NCBI GenBank assembly: GCA_002269645.1
Contig: NIVC01001700.1
Span: 139,923-203,922, forward strand
Direction: 5' to 3'
DNA from: Macrostomum lignano
Lineage: Eukaryota
DNA: 64,000 nt
Below the pieces are notes generated by a model. It did not search any database and had not been told where the DNA came from. It saw only the letters and a program-made list of their open reading frames with translations. This document shows, one piece after another, positions 1 through 25,600 of this stretch. The stretch's first letter is position 1. Each line of letters begins with the position of its first letter. Both the position numbers and the translations under genes were made by a program.

Positions 1-37
1 CGTGAGTCCAATGCTCTAACCACTAGGCTACAACCCC
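1..37 (-). mobile_element. 5' head of a tRNA-derived SINE, truncated by the window edge
   Basis: Reverse complement ggggttgtagcctagtggttagagcattggactcacg matches the heads of the copies at 26417 and 45318. Confidence 0.6.
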
Positions 38-551
38 TTCATTTTTAAATCTAAAATATCATATAGATTATAGATTAAAAAGGCCAATGGAAATTTGGGT
101 GTTTAAATAATATTCAAATTCATAATCTTATCAACTTACGTAATAATTACTGTATTGACAACGCAGTCAAAATCATATTAATAAAGCCGATGAGTCACGC
201 CATTTTTATGATTTCCAGACACAGGACATGTATGTAGGATATGAAATTAGCATAGAATCCTTATTTTATAAACTAGAAGGTCTATGAAAATCCACAGAAC
301 TATGAGAAAGGCCAGACATATCAAAAGCTGGACATTGGGTCTGCCTCCCATCAATTGCAATAACAATTTTCGTGCTGAAAAAATGAAAACATTCTATCTC
401 TCCGTAATGTATTTTTTGGTAAAACCAGCCCTTTAAAATTTTACAAAAAATCTTTGTTTCTCGTCAATTTATATTTATAACCGCAAGCATATTCATATTC
501 ATTATAATTACTCGTATTCATATAATAATATTCATAATTATTCATTCGTAG

Positions 552-13532
<12,981 letters not shown>

Positions 13533-13740
13533 GCAGCTTGCATCTCAGATGCCCGGCTGGACTCAGACTTTGAGTATTTATCATTGAAAACAAGAACAGA
13601 CAGACGCTACACTCGCAAGTCGTGCGCTTTAATAATAATACATTAGCAGGAGGGGCCTGTGGGATTCTGCCCATCCATTCCGCTGACTCCGGAGCACTAC
13701 AAGCGCGTCAACACTGTACACAGCCACGCACTCACACACA

Positions 13741-13811
13741 CGCTCACACAGGGTGTACAGCGGTCCTGACTTTCTAATCGTCAGGCATGTACACTCTCTG
13801 TGCCTTTGGGG
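13741..13811 (-). mobile_element. Short interspersed hairpin repeat (family copy 3)
   Basis: Reverse complement matches 2043-2110 and 25798-25861. Confidence 0.7.
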
Positions 13812-13924
13812 TTGACATGCATGGGTGTGAATTGCACGGACAACCCCCCCCCCCGCGGAAATTGACTGAAATTATACATCAATTCGGGAAGCTCAGAAGT
13901 AGAACTTTTGCCAATTACATGTAA

Positions 13925-14376
13925 CACCGATACTAGAATAACTAGATGGGTCACTCAGTACATTTGCGTGTAAGCTACTTTCAGTTCAGTAGTAAGTTAA
14001 ACTGAAGCATTTTAATGTATTTTTAAAGCCGAGGCTCATTTATTGGCTCTTACCCTCCAGCTTAAACCCTTCAACCGCGCCTTTCCAGACTACCCCCCCT
14101 CGCCCCGGCCCAATTTTTATTGCCTTTCTCGGAATTCCAGTCGAAAGCGGCCATGTACATTTCAGTGGACTGGCTAATGTACATTATAGCTGAACCAATT
14201 AGCAAGCTGTTTACGCCTGCAAGCTTGGGCTTCTAAACTTATCAAAGTCATTTCAGCTGCCTTTATTTTTATAAAATAAGCTTATGCATTCTTCTTTGCT
14301 ACTGAACGGAAAGTAGAAAGCTGTTTTACTAAGTATATATGCCTGAGTGGCCCATCTAGTTATTTTAGAATCTGTG
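13925..14376. mobile_element. P-element-type MITE (non-autonomous, ~450 bp)
   Basis: Imperfect ~34-bp TIRs caccgatactagaataactagatgggtcactcag / ctgagtggcccatctagttattttagaatctgtg, similar to the TIRs of the P element at 37372-38845. No clean TSD seen. Confidence 0.6.
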
Positions 14377-14984
14377 CCAAATTAAGGAACTGTTAAAAGA
14401 TTTAATAAATTGTAAACCCCCACCCCCACCCCCCGTTGACACGATATGCGAGTGCAGTGTCCTCTTGAGTTAGCTGTCAATTAATAGCAAATTGAATTTA
14501 TACAATTTCATAATTGCACTGTCAGTTGTCATGGTACTGAATCTTTAAACCTAACGCAGCGAAGTCATGCCTTGTAAATGAATCAGTTTTCGCAATGTGA
14601 TCTTGTATTTTGTCCTCGGTAAGGCATCAATCAATAACGTCTGCGGAAACAATCCAGTACAGTCTTTCTGGCCTCGGGTGAGAAGAACGCTTGTGAATGA
14701 GGTAGTACCTGGCCGAGACCTGTCTCCTAGAAGATTTCTGCTCTTCTAATCATTTTTCTTGCACTGTCTGGACACTATTTCGTCACTGCAGCCTGTCACT
14801 CCGTCCCAGCACTCTGGCCTTCTACTGCTTTCACTCTTTCACTCTGTCCTCTCGGTCTTGTCACCCTGTCGGGTTCGTCTTTCGGTTCACCTGAGATTAC
14901 CTTAGGTTATACCTTATTTAAATCTGGTCTGGTGTCAATCTGTCTTGGCCTCGTACCCCTTAACTTGTCAACCCTTGTCAACTT

Positions 14985-15505
14985 GTCAACCCAGACTTGT
15001 CACTATCTTACTTGTCACTCCTGACTTCTCACCTTCTGACTTGTCGTGTCTTTATTTATCACACCCTGGATTGACGTTTTACCATCTGACGTCTTAACCA
15101 TTTACTTGTCATTCCCCCACTTATCACTCCCTTACTTGTCACTCCCTTACTTGTCACTCCATTTCTAGTCACTCCCTTACTTGTCACTCCCTTACTTGTC
15201 ACTCCATTTCTAGTCACTCACTTACTTGTCACTCCCTTACTTGTCACTCCATTTCTAGTCACTCCCTTACTTGTCACTCCTTACTTGTCACTCCCCTACT
15301 TGTCTCTCCCTTACTTTTCACTCCCTTACTTGTCACTCCATTTCTAGTCACTCCCTTACTTGTCACTCCCTTACTTGTCTCTCCCTTACTTGTATCTCCC
15401 TTACTTGTCACTCCCCTACTTGTCACTCCCTTACTTGTCACTCCCTTACTTGTCACTCCCTTACTTGTCACTCCCTTGCTTGTATCTCCCTTACTTGTCA
15501 CTCTG
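14985..15505. repeat. 15-bp minisatellite
   Basis: Unit acttgtcactccctt, degenerate at the left end. Confidence 0.9.
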
Positions 15506-16229
15506 TCTCGAATCTCCGCTAATCCAACGCCGCATTGGCGTGGCTCTTCATAGATTTTAAAAAACTACGAAATATTTTGTATTATTTTTAGCTTTATATT
15601 TTTTTCGTAGCCTACTGAAAGCAGTATAAATGCACATCTTTATAATAAAATCCACTGCCAGAGATATAGAAATATCGGTCGTTTTGTTCGCTTCTACCGG
15701 ACAGGAGTTCCCGCTGTTGTGTCAGTTCGTCACCATCCATCGATGGGGTTTTATAAGTCGGCAATTTTTTGTGTTTCTTATCAAATCAAATACTTTCGTT
15801 TCTATTTTAATAATTGATAAAATTCGAATTTTTCGAGCGAGCAGCTCATATTATAAAATGCATAGTTTTTCTCTCTTGGATCTGGTCTGTTATAATTATA
15901 AATGGAATTACTCAGCTTTGGTCGCAATGTGTGCAGGTGTTGTACTTTTAAAACGTTCAGAATTGTCATGTCGGATGCGTCCATTTTTATAGATATTCTA
16001 TCAGCTAATATATATGGAACCTCGGTATTACTAAGTCGCACTGTGTTTTTGCCTCTGTGTTGCTTTTGTAGTTGCACGCAAATTTACTTTGTGGCTAATT
16101 ATTAATGTCCAGAAAAATATGTCACTTTGTATTGTTTTCAAAATTCAATCAGAGAACAAGGGGAAATTGATTGTCACATCATGGGAACAGTGGTGGTTTT
16201 TGTCAGCTTATCCAATCACAAACTTCTTC

Positions 16230-16550
16230 CGAGAGGAGTCACGTGCAAAGTGGATCAGCTTATTCTATCTAGAGCAGAAGTGTACGCAAGGAGTCACGTG
16301 ACTGCAAAGTAGACTAGCTTATTATATTTAGGGCAGAAATGTATGAAAGGAGTCACGTGACTGCAAAGTAGACCAGCTTATTATATCTAGAGCAGAAGTG
16401 TACGCAAGGAGTCACGTGACTGCAAAGTAGACCAGCTTATTATATCTAGAGCAGAAGTGTACGCAAGGAGTCACGTGACTGCAAAGTAGACCAGCTTATT
16501 ATATCTAGGGCAGAAATGTATGGAAGGAGTCACGTGACTGCAAAGTGTAC
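16230..16550. repeat. 59-bp tandem repeat carrying the palindrome AGTCACGTGACT
   Basis: Palindrome at 16292, 16351, 16410, 16469 and 16528, plus a partial copy at 16237. Confidence 0.95.
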
Positions 16551-16683
16551 ATACCTTTGATTTCCCAATCTAGGGAAAAATGTACAGCATTAAAAGCCCT
16601 AACTACCGGATAAAGTGCGCGAACGCATCTCTCTCTCTCTCTCTCTCAATGTCTCGCAACTGCTGCCGGCAAAATCACACTGT

Positions 16684-19600
16684 CTAAACTTCGGAATTCC
16701 GCTGAATCTCCAGCGCGTCCATCTGTCGCATGATGAAGTTCAAAGTCTGCTGCCGCATGCTGAACATCTGCGATCTCAGGCTGGCAATGCTGGCGGCCTG
16801 GCTCTGAGCTTGCTGGCGCAGCTGTGTCGTCTCCTCGCGCAGTTGGTCATTCTCCTGCGTGCAGGATATGGTCACAGAGGGTCAGGATTGGGTCACACAG
16901 CTGACTCAAAGTTGCTTAAATTTCAAACTATTCTCATTCAGCAGCCGGTCCCTCACCTGCGCCAGCTTCTCAACTTCGTCGTTGCCGAGCCAGCGGCAGC
17001 CGTCAGCAGCGCTGGCAGTGAGTTCCGTCTGCACTGCCTGCTCCGCCATCGATCTTCGCCTCGTCGGCTGTTGACTGTCGGAGGCGGCGGCCGCTGCCGA
17101 CAGGCCGTCAGCTTGCGAACACGCAGTCGAAACGCCGGAAACCGAGGTCGAACAGCTGACCGGAGCGCTGCAGCCTAAGGATGTCGTTAAACGAGGATTC
17201 GTTCTTACTTCAGATTGGGCGATGGCCTCGTGCAAGACAGGACTGCTGAATGTTGAGTGGGCTTGGGTAGCGGCTAGCAGTCTAGCAGTTCAGATAATTG
17301 GCTATTTTTGTCACACTGGTTACTGTGGCTTGAGTTCAATCACTTCGGTCGTTTAGGTCGCTCCTGCACCTGTCTTTTGGATCATTTGTAAAATCTGTCA
17401 TTTTTGTCGTTCTGGTCACTCTGGAAATTCTGGTCATTCTGGTCACTCTGGTCATTCGGGTCATTTTGGCCTCGGTTCATTCTGGTCACTCGGGTCATCC
17501 TGGTCACTTGGGACATTCTGGTGATTCTGGTGATTCTGGTCACTCGGTCATTCAGACCACTTGGTAATTTTGGTAACTCAAGTCATACTGACCACTTGGT
17601 AATTTTGGTCACTCGAGTCATTGTGGTGATTCTGGTGATTCTGGTCACTCGGGTCATTCTGGTCACTCAGGTCATTCTGGTCACTCGGGTCATTCTGGTC
17701 ACTCAGGTCATTCTGGTCACTCAGGTCATTCCGGTCACTCGGGTCATTCTGGTGATTCTGATGATTCTGGTCATTTGGTAATTCTGGTCACTCGGTTGAC
17801 ACGGTCAGGCCAGTTAACAAAAGTCAAAGGACTCCGCTGGCCGCACCAGACGAAGTTCCGCTGTCTGCGCAGCGGCCGTGACCGGCAGCGGTGGACGCGG
17901 CCTGCCGCCGGCACTCCATGACCACGGTGTCCTTGCAGTGCTTGTGCACGTTGATGCCGCAGTCCCGGCACTTCCAGCCCTGCTTGATGAGGCCCCACAG
18001 CAGGCCGGCGCAGCGGTCGCAGAAGGTCGGCTTAAAGTAGGATGTCTCGTGGAAGTCGTGCTTGAAGCTGCTCTTCAGGGCCTGCGAGTTCGCCCTAAGG
18101 AAGTAGTTCTTCAGCTCCACTTTCGATATCATGCCGTCGCTTGAGTGACAAGGGGGAAAAGTTTGATTTTATTACTCACAGTAGCATTGGTAGAGCTGCA
18201 ACATTGTGAGAGAATGAGTCTCTTTAATGAGTCTCTCTAATGGGTCTCTCTAATGAGTCTCCCTAATGGGTCTCTCTAATGAGTCTCTCTAATGAGTCTC
18301 TCTAATGAGTCTCTCTAATGGGTCTCTCTAATGAGTCTCTCTAATGAGTCTCTCTAATGGGTCTCTCTCTAATGAGTTTCTCTAATGAGTCTCTCTAACG
18401 AATCTGTCTAATGAGTCTCTCTAATGAGTCTCTCTAATGATTCTCTCTAATGAGTCTCTCTAACGAATCTGTCTAATGAGTCTCTCTAATGAGTCTCTCT
18501 AATGATTCTCTCTAATGAGTCTCTCTAACGAATCTGTCTAATGAGTCTCTGTAATGAGTCTCTCTAATGAGTCTCTCTAATGAGTCTCTCTAATGATTCT
18601 CTCTAATAAGTCTCTCTAACGAATCTGTCTAATGAGTCTCTCTAACGAATCTGTCTAATGAGTCTCTCTAATGAGTCTCTAATGATTCTCTCTAATGAGT
18701 CTCTCTAACGAATCTGTCTAATGAGTCTCTCTAACGAGTCTCTCTAATTAATCTCTCTAACGAGTCTCTCTAACGAGTCTCTCTAATGAATCTCTCTAAC
18801 GAGTCTCTCTAATGAGTCTCTCTAATGAGTCTCTCTAATTAGTCTCTCTAATGAGTCTCTCTAATGAGTCTCTCTAAACAATAGCCTCTAACGTACCCAT
18901 TTTAAGTCCCCAAGTATTTTCTCAAGTACAATTGCAATAAAGCAATAGATTATCACAACAGTACTTAAATAGCCATCACTAAGCTGCATACTCCGTATCA
19001 GTGATGATGGATTGAGGCCCACACCCTATTCTTCCATCGCAATATAAATCGCAGAAATGAACCGGAGTCATTGGCACGAACCGCAAAGCCCCCCATCCCC
19101 ATTCGGCCCCGCTGCCTCCAATTCATTTTTAGCCTGTCTCCATTGTGACCCGCGACTGCCATGGTTTTATTGACTGACCTCCCTCTCCCGCCTTTCCTGG
19201 CAGTCGGGAGGAAGGGAGATCGGAACTGAGAATGAGGCAGGTGCTTTCACGGCGCATGACAAAGAATATTAGGGGCGGAAGATCGAGACAAAATTGATTC
19301 TCATTTCGGCTGGCACAGCCTCCGCAACCCCCCCCCCCTTAGTCGGACTGGCTGACCCTAGCAACTAGATAGAATGAGAGATATTTGAGGAGTCTGATAG
19401 TGTCAACCCAGCTGCTGTTGATCCTGCTGCATTGAGCCGGCGTATCATGCTACTCAAGGACCAGGTCTGTCAATATATGCTTGGGTTTGCAAGCCACACC
19501 TGTATCTAGAGCACTCTTGTGTGCGGGGGATGATTTCCATCAAATTCCTAATATGGACCAGGGGGGGGGGTTGCTGCGAGAGACGCAACGAAGCACTTTT

Positions 19601-22600
19601 AAACTCGATGCGTGAGAGCGAAAGCTGAATTTGTAGGGTAGCTGTTAGATTGCGAGAACCTGTTCGTTCACATTGAGTCACTCCTCAGTACCAGTCAGAG
19701 CACCTGTCTGCTCACATTGAGTCACTCCTCAGTATCAGTCAGAGCACCTGTCTGCTCACATTGAGTCACTCCTCAGTACCAGTCAGAGCACCTGTCCGCT
19801 CACATTGAGTCACTCCTCAGTACCAGTCAGAGCACCTGTCTGCTCACATTGAGTCACTCCTCAGTATCAGTCAGAGCACCTGTCTGCTCACATTGAGTCA
19901 CTCCTCAGTACCAGTCAGAGCACCTGTCCGCTCACATTGAGTCACTCCTCAGTACCAGTCAGAGCACCTGTCCGCTCACATTGAGTCACTCCTCAGTATC
20001 AGTCAGAGCACCTGTCTGCTCACATTGAGTCACTCCTCAGTATCAGTCAGAGCACCTGTCTGCTCACATTGAGTCACTCCTCAGTATCAGTCAGAGCACC
20101 TGTCCACTCACATTGAGTCACTCCTCAGTACCAGTCAGAGCACCTGTCTGCTTACATTGAGTCACTCCTCAGTATCAGTCAGAGCACCTGTCTGCTTACA
20201 TTGAGTCACTCCTCAGTATCAGTCAGAGCACCTGTCTGCTCACATTGAGTCACTCCTCAGTATCAGTCAGAGCACCTGTCTGCTCACATTGAGTCACTCC
20301 TCAGTACCAGTCAGAGCACCTGTCCGCTTACATTGAGTCACTCAAAAGCCCCAGCTGCAGGTAAAATTCAAGCCAAGGCAGCAGGCAGACTCACTTGTCA
20401 GTGTCCAGCACAGCAAACGAGTCGATGAAAGGGAAATTTTCGGCAATCTGCTCGAACTCGCTCTCAGAGATCATGTCATCTTTGTCGTGATCGTAAACCT
20501 TGAAAACCGCCTGGAAGGAGTTAATAACTTGTATGTTAGCAGGACACTGGCTTGGTCCACTCGGAATCTGAGAAGTGTAGGATTTGGAGGCTTCGAACCC
20601 GAGACCCACTGAGCGAATACGACTGGCTTGGTCGGCGTTGAGGGCTGCAAAGCATTGCGTCGGTCAGTGCAGAGTGAGTGGCTTGTTGAGTCAATAGGAG
20701 GCATGAAGATTGCTTCTGAGGTAGGGGTGAGGCGCGCGGAGGGTGCTGTGAGGTGCAGCTGCTTGGGTCAGCCATGTGGAGTAGGGGTGAAGATCGGGGA
20801 GGGTGCTGTGGGGTGCAGGTGCTTGGGTCAGCCATGTGGAGTAGGGGTGAGGCGCGCGGAGGGTGCTGTGGGGTGCAGCTGCTTGGGTCAGCCATGTGGA
20901 GTAGGGGTGAGGCGCAGGGAGGGTGCTGTGGGGTGCAGGTGCTTGGGTCAGCCATGTGGGGTAGGGGTGAGGCGCGGGGAGGATGCTGTGGGGTGCAGGT
21001 GCTTGGGTCAGCCATGTGGAGTAGGGGTGAGGCGCGGGGAGGATGCTGTGGGGTGCAGGTGCTTGGGTCAGCCATGTGAAGTAGGGGTGAAGATCGGGGA
21101 GGGTGCTGTGGGGTGCAGCTGCTTGGGTCAGCCATGTGGAGTAGGGGTGAAGAGTGGGGAGGGTGCTGTGGGGTGCAGGTGCTTGGGTCAGCCATGTGGA
21201 GTAGGGGTGAAGATCGGGGAGGATGCTGTGGGGTGCAGGTGCTTGGGTCAGCCATGTGGAGTAGGGGTGAGGCGCGGGGAGGATGCTGTGGGGTGCAGGT
21301 GCTTGGGTCAGCCATGTGGAGTAGGGGTGAAGATCGGGGAGGGTGCTGTGGGGTGCAGGTGCTTGGGTCAGCCATGTGGAGTAGGGGTGAAGAGTGGGGA
21401 GGGTGCTGTGGGGTGCAGGTGCTTGGGTCAGCCATGTGGAGTAGGGGTGAGGCGCGGGGAGGATGCTGTGGGGTGCAGGTGCTTGGGTCAGCCATGTGGA
21501 GTAGGGGTGAAGATCGGGGAGGGTGCTGTGGGGTGCAGCTGCTTGGGTCAGCCATGTGGAGTAGGGGTGAGGCGCGGGAGGATGCTGTGGGGTGCAGGTG
21601 CTTGGGTCAGCCATGTGGAGTAGGGGTGAAGAGTGGGGAGGGTGCTGTGGGGTGCAGGTGCTTGGGTCAGCCATGTGGAGTAGGGGTGAGGCGCGGGGAG
21701 GATGCTGTGGGGTGCAGGTGCTTGGGTCAGCCATGTGGAGTAGGGGTGAAGATCGGGGAGGATGCTGTGGGGTGCAGGTGCTTGGGTCAGCCATGTGGAG
21801 TAGGGGTGAAGAGTGGGGAGGGTGCTGTGGGGTGCAGGTGCTTGGGTCAGCCATGTGGGGTAGGGGTGAAGATCGGGGAGGATGCTGTGGGGTGCAGGTG
21901 CTTGGGTCAGCCATGTGGAGTAGGGGTGAGGCGCGGGGAGGATGCTGTGGGGTGCAGGTGCTTGGGTCAGCCATGTGGAGTAGGGGTGAGGCGCGGGGAG
22001 GATGCTGTGGGGTGCAGGTGCTTGGGTCAGCCATGTGGAGTAGGGGTGAGGCGCGCGGAGGCTGCTGTGGGGTGCAGCTGCTTGGGTCAGCCATGTGGAG
22101 TAGGGGTGAGGCGCGCGGAGGGTGCTGTGGGGTGCAGCTGCTTGGGTCAGCCATGTGGAGTAGGGGTGAGGCGCGCGGAGGGTGCTGTGGGGTGCAGGTG
22201 CTTGGGTCAGCCATGTGGGGTAGGGGTGAAGATCGGGGAGGATGCTGTGGGGTGCAGGTGCTTGGGTCAGCCATGTGGAGTAGGGGTGAGGCGCGGGAGG
22301 ATGCTGTGGGGTGCAGGTGCTTGGGTCAGCCATGTGGAGTAGGGGTGAGGCGCGGGGAGGATGCTGTGGGGTGCAGGTGCTTGGGTCAGCCATGTGGAGT
22401 AGGGGTGAAGATCGGGGAGGGTGCTGTGGGGTGCAGGTGCTTGGGTCAGCCATGTGGAGTAGGGGTGAGGCGCGGGGAGGATGCTGTGGGGTGCAGCTGC
22501 TTGGGTCAGCCATGTGGAGTAGGGGTGAAGAGTGGGGAGGGTGCTGTGGGGTGCAGGTGCTTGGGTCAGCCATGTGGAGTAGGGGTGAAGATCGGGGAGG

Positions 22601-25600
22601 ATGCTGTGGGGTGCAGGTGCTTGGGTCAGCCATGTGGAGTAGGGGTGAGGCGCGGGAGGATGCTGTGGGGTGCAGGTGCTTGGGTCAGCCATGTGGAGTA
22701 GGGGTGAAGATCGGGGAGGATGCTGTGGGGTGCAGGTGCTTGGGTCAGCCATGTGGAGTAGGGGTGAAGAGTGGGGAGGGTGCTGTGGGGTGCAGGTGCT
22801 TGGGTCAGCCATGTGGAGTAGGGGTGAGGCGCGGGGAGGATGCTGTGGGGTGCAGGTGCTTGGGTCAGCCATGTGGAGTAGGGGTGAAGATCGGGGAGGG
22901 TGCTGTGGGGTGCAGCTGCTTGGGTCAGCCATGTGGAGTAGGGGTGAGGCGCGGGGAGGATGCTGTGGGGTGCAGGTGCTTGGGTCAGCCATGTGGAGTA
23001 GGGGTGAGGCGCGGGGAGGATGCTGTGGGGTGCAGGTGCTTGGGTCAGCCATGTGGAGTAGGGGTGAGGCGCGCGGAGGGTGCTGTGGGGTGCAGCTGCT
23101 TGGGTCAGCCATGTGGAGTAGGGGTGAGGCGCGCGGAGGGTGCTGTGGGGTGCAGCTGCTTGGGTCAGCCATGTGGAGTAGGGGTGAAGATCGGGGAGGG
23201 TGCTGTGGGGTGCAGGTGCTTGGGTCAGCCATGTGGAGTAGGGGTGAGGCGCGCGGAGGGTGCTGTGGGGTGCAGGTGCTTGGGTCAGCCATGTGGAGTA
23301 GGGGTGAGGCGCGGGGAGGGTGCTGTGGGGTGCAGCTGCTTGGGTCAGCCATGTGGAGTAGGGGTGAAGAGTGGGGAGGATGCTGTGGGGTGCAGGTGCT
23401 TGGGTCAGCCATGTGGAGTAGGGGTGAGGCGCGGGGAGGGTGCTGTGGGGTGCAGCTGCTTGGGTCAGCCATGTGGAGTAGGGGTGAAGAGTGGGGAGGA
23501 TGCTGTGGGGTGCAGGTGCTTGGGTCAGCCATGTGGAGTAGGGGTGAGGCGCGGGGAGGATGCTGTGGGGTGCAGGTGCTTGGGTCAGCCATGTGGAGTA
23601 GGGGTGAAGATCGGGGAGGGTGCTGTGGGGTGCAGGTGCTTGGGTCAGCCATGTGGAGTAGGGGTGAGGCGCGCGGAGGGTGCTGTGGGGTGCAGGTGCT
23701 TGGGTCAGCCATGTGGGGTAGGGGTGAAGATCGGGGAGGATGCTGTGGGGTGCAGGTGCTTGGGTCAGCCATGTGGAGTAGGGGTGAGGCGCGGGAGGAT
23801 GCTGTGGGGTGCAGGTGCTTGGGTCAGCCATGTGGAGTAGGGGTGAGGCGCGGGGAGGATGCTGTGGGGTGCAGGTGCTTGGGTCAGCCATGTGGAGTAG
23901 GGGTGAAGATCGGGGAGGGTGCTGTGGGGTGCAGGTGCTTGGGTCAGCCATGTGGAGTAGGGGTGAGGCGCGGGGAGGATGCTGTGGGGTGCAGCTGCTT
24001 GGGTCAGCCATGTGGAGTAGGGGTGAGGCGCGGGGAGGATGCTGTGGGGTGCAGGTGCTTGGGTCAGCCATGTGGAGTAGGGGTGAGGCGCGGGGAGGGT
24101 GCTGTGGGGTGCAGCTGCTTGGGTCAGCCATGTGGAGTAGGGGTGAAGAGTGGGGAGGATGCTGTGGGGTGCAGGTGCTTGGGTCAGCCATGTGGAGTAG
24201 GGGTGAGGCGCGGGAGGATGCTGTGGGGTGCAGGTGCTTGGGTCAGCCATGTGGAGTAGGGGTGAAGATCGGGGAGGGTGCTGTGGGGTGCAGGTGCTTG
24301 GGTCAGCCATGTGGAGTAGGGGTGAGGCGCGCGGAGGGTGCTGTGGGGTGCAGGTGCTTGGGTCAGCCATGTGGGGTAGGGGTGAAGATCGGGGAGGATG
24401 CTGTGGGGTGCAGGTGCTTGGGTCAGCCATGTGGAGTAGGGGTGAGGCGCGGGGAGGATGCTGTGGGGTGCAGGTGCTTGGGTCAGCCATGTGGAGTAGG
24501 GGTGAGGCGCGGGGAGGATGCTGTGGGGTGCAGGTGCTTGGGTCAGCCATGTGGAGTAGGGGTGAGGCGCGGGGAGGATGCTGTGGGGTGCAGGTGCTTG
24601 GGTCAGCCATGTGGAGTAGGGGTGAAGATCGGGGAGGGTGCTGTGGGGTGCAGGTGCTTGGGTCAGCCATGTGGAGTAGGGGTGAAGATCGGGGAGGATG
24701 CTGTGGGGTGCAGGTGCTTGGGTCAGCCATGTGGAGTAGGGGTGAAGATCGGGGAGGATGCTGTGGGGTGCAGGTGCTTGGGTCAGCCATGTGGAGTAGG
24801 GGTGAAGATCGGGGAGGATGCTGTGGGGTGCAGGTGCTGGGGTCGGAAGGGTGAGTGTGCTCCATATGAGCTAATTAAGATCCCTGGCATGTCTTTGCGC
24901 CCGTTATTAAAGCTCAGGACTTCACTTCGAACCAGGGGCCTCTCTCCAGGATAGTTTCATGTCTGTCTGTCACATTTCTCTCCTAATTATCCTTTGATAA
25001 GAGATGAACACAATTTCGGGGGAGGGTCAGGATAATTGGACAGGGAAATCGTGGGAACGATGAGCAGTCAAAGTTCTTTAGTCCCTTTCTAGGTGTCTCC
25101 AGGAGTAGTTTGATCTGACTGTTGCTAACTTCCCAAAAAATGTTCTGCACCGAGATTTTGCACGCGCCAGAGGCTACAGCTATTATTCTTTTTGATGTGT
25201 GCCACTTTGTGCGCAACTCTTTGTGTTTAACTCCTGCTCGCTGCTCCTAGAGAATTAACGAATAGGGCGCAGGAGATAAGCCACGCAGGATTCTCCATCT
25301 TACTTAAGTCTGTCTGCCTAGCACAAAATCTGAGCTGAAGGCACTGAACAAACTGGCTTTAATCACCCATGAAGGAGGGCAAGGGACTGACGGAGAGAAA
25401 ATCCAAGGTAGTAAAAGTAAAATTTCAGCTCCATCAAAACAGTCCCTGGGGGATCTCAAATTAAATTAGGATCGAGTAAAAGACCTCCTGCTTACTGTCT
25501 GAAATAAGCTTGGTTTACCTCGCTAATCTGTCATCGATAATGAAGCCGCAGCCCTGCTCAAGCTGGCCTGCTCAAGCTGGCCTGCAGACTCACCGAAGCC

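Noticed and set aside
16906-16956. RasGRP ending at NSLKFKQL-stop
   Set aside because: A strong CAG|GTGAGG donor at 16956 splices in frame to a final coiled-coil exon (16684-16854).
17175-17208. 34-nt intron (GTAAGA...TTAG) adding a small upstream RasGRP exon
   Set aside because: The required phase puts a TGA in the upstream segment; the 17846 donor joins the 17174 exon in frame without it.
20715-24840. CRISPR-like array (constant segment alternating with a variable segment)
   Set aside because: Variable parts are a few recurring point variants, not unique spacers; eukaryotic intron; no cas genes.
20536-24954. Multiple 300-530 aa Cys/Gly- or Pro/His-rich ORFs
   Set aside because: Translations of the 60-bp array; frames switch at the 1-bp deletion units.
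24983-25216. Possible decayed LINE RT fragment
   Set aside because: Resemblance too weak to support without a profile search.
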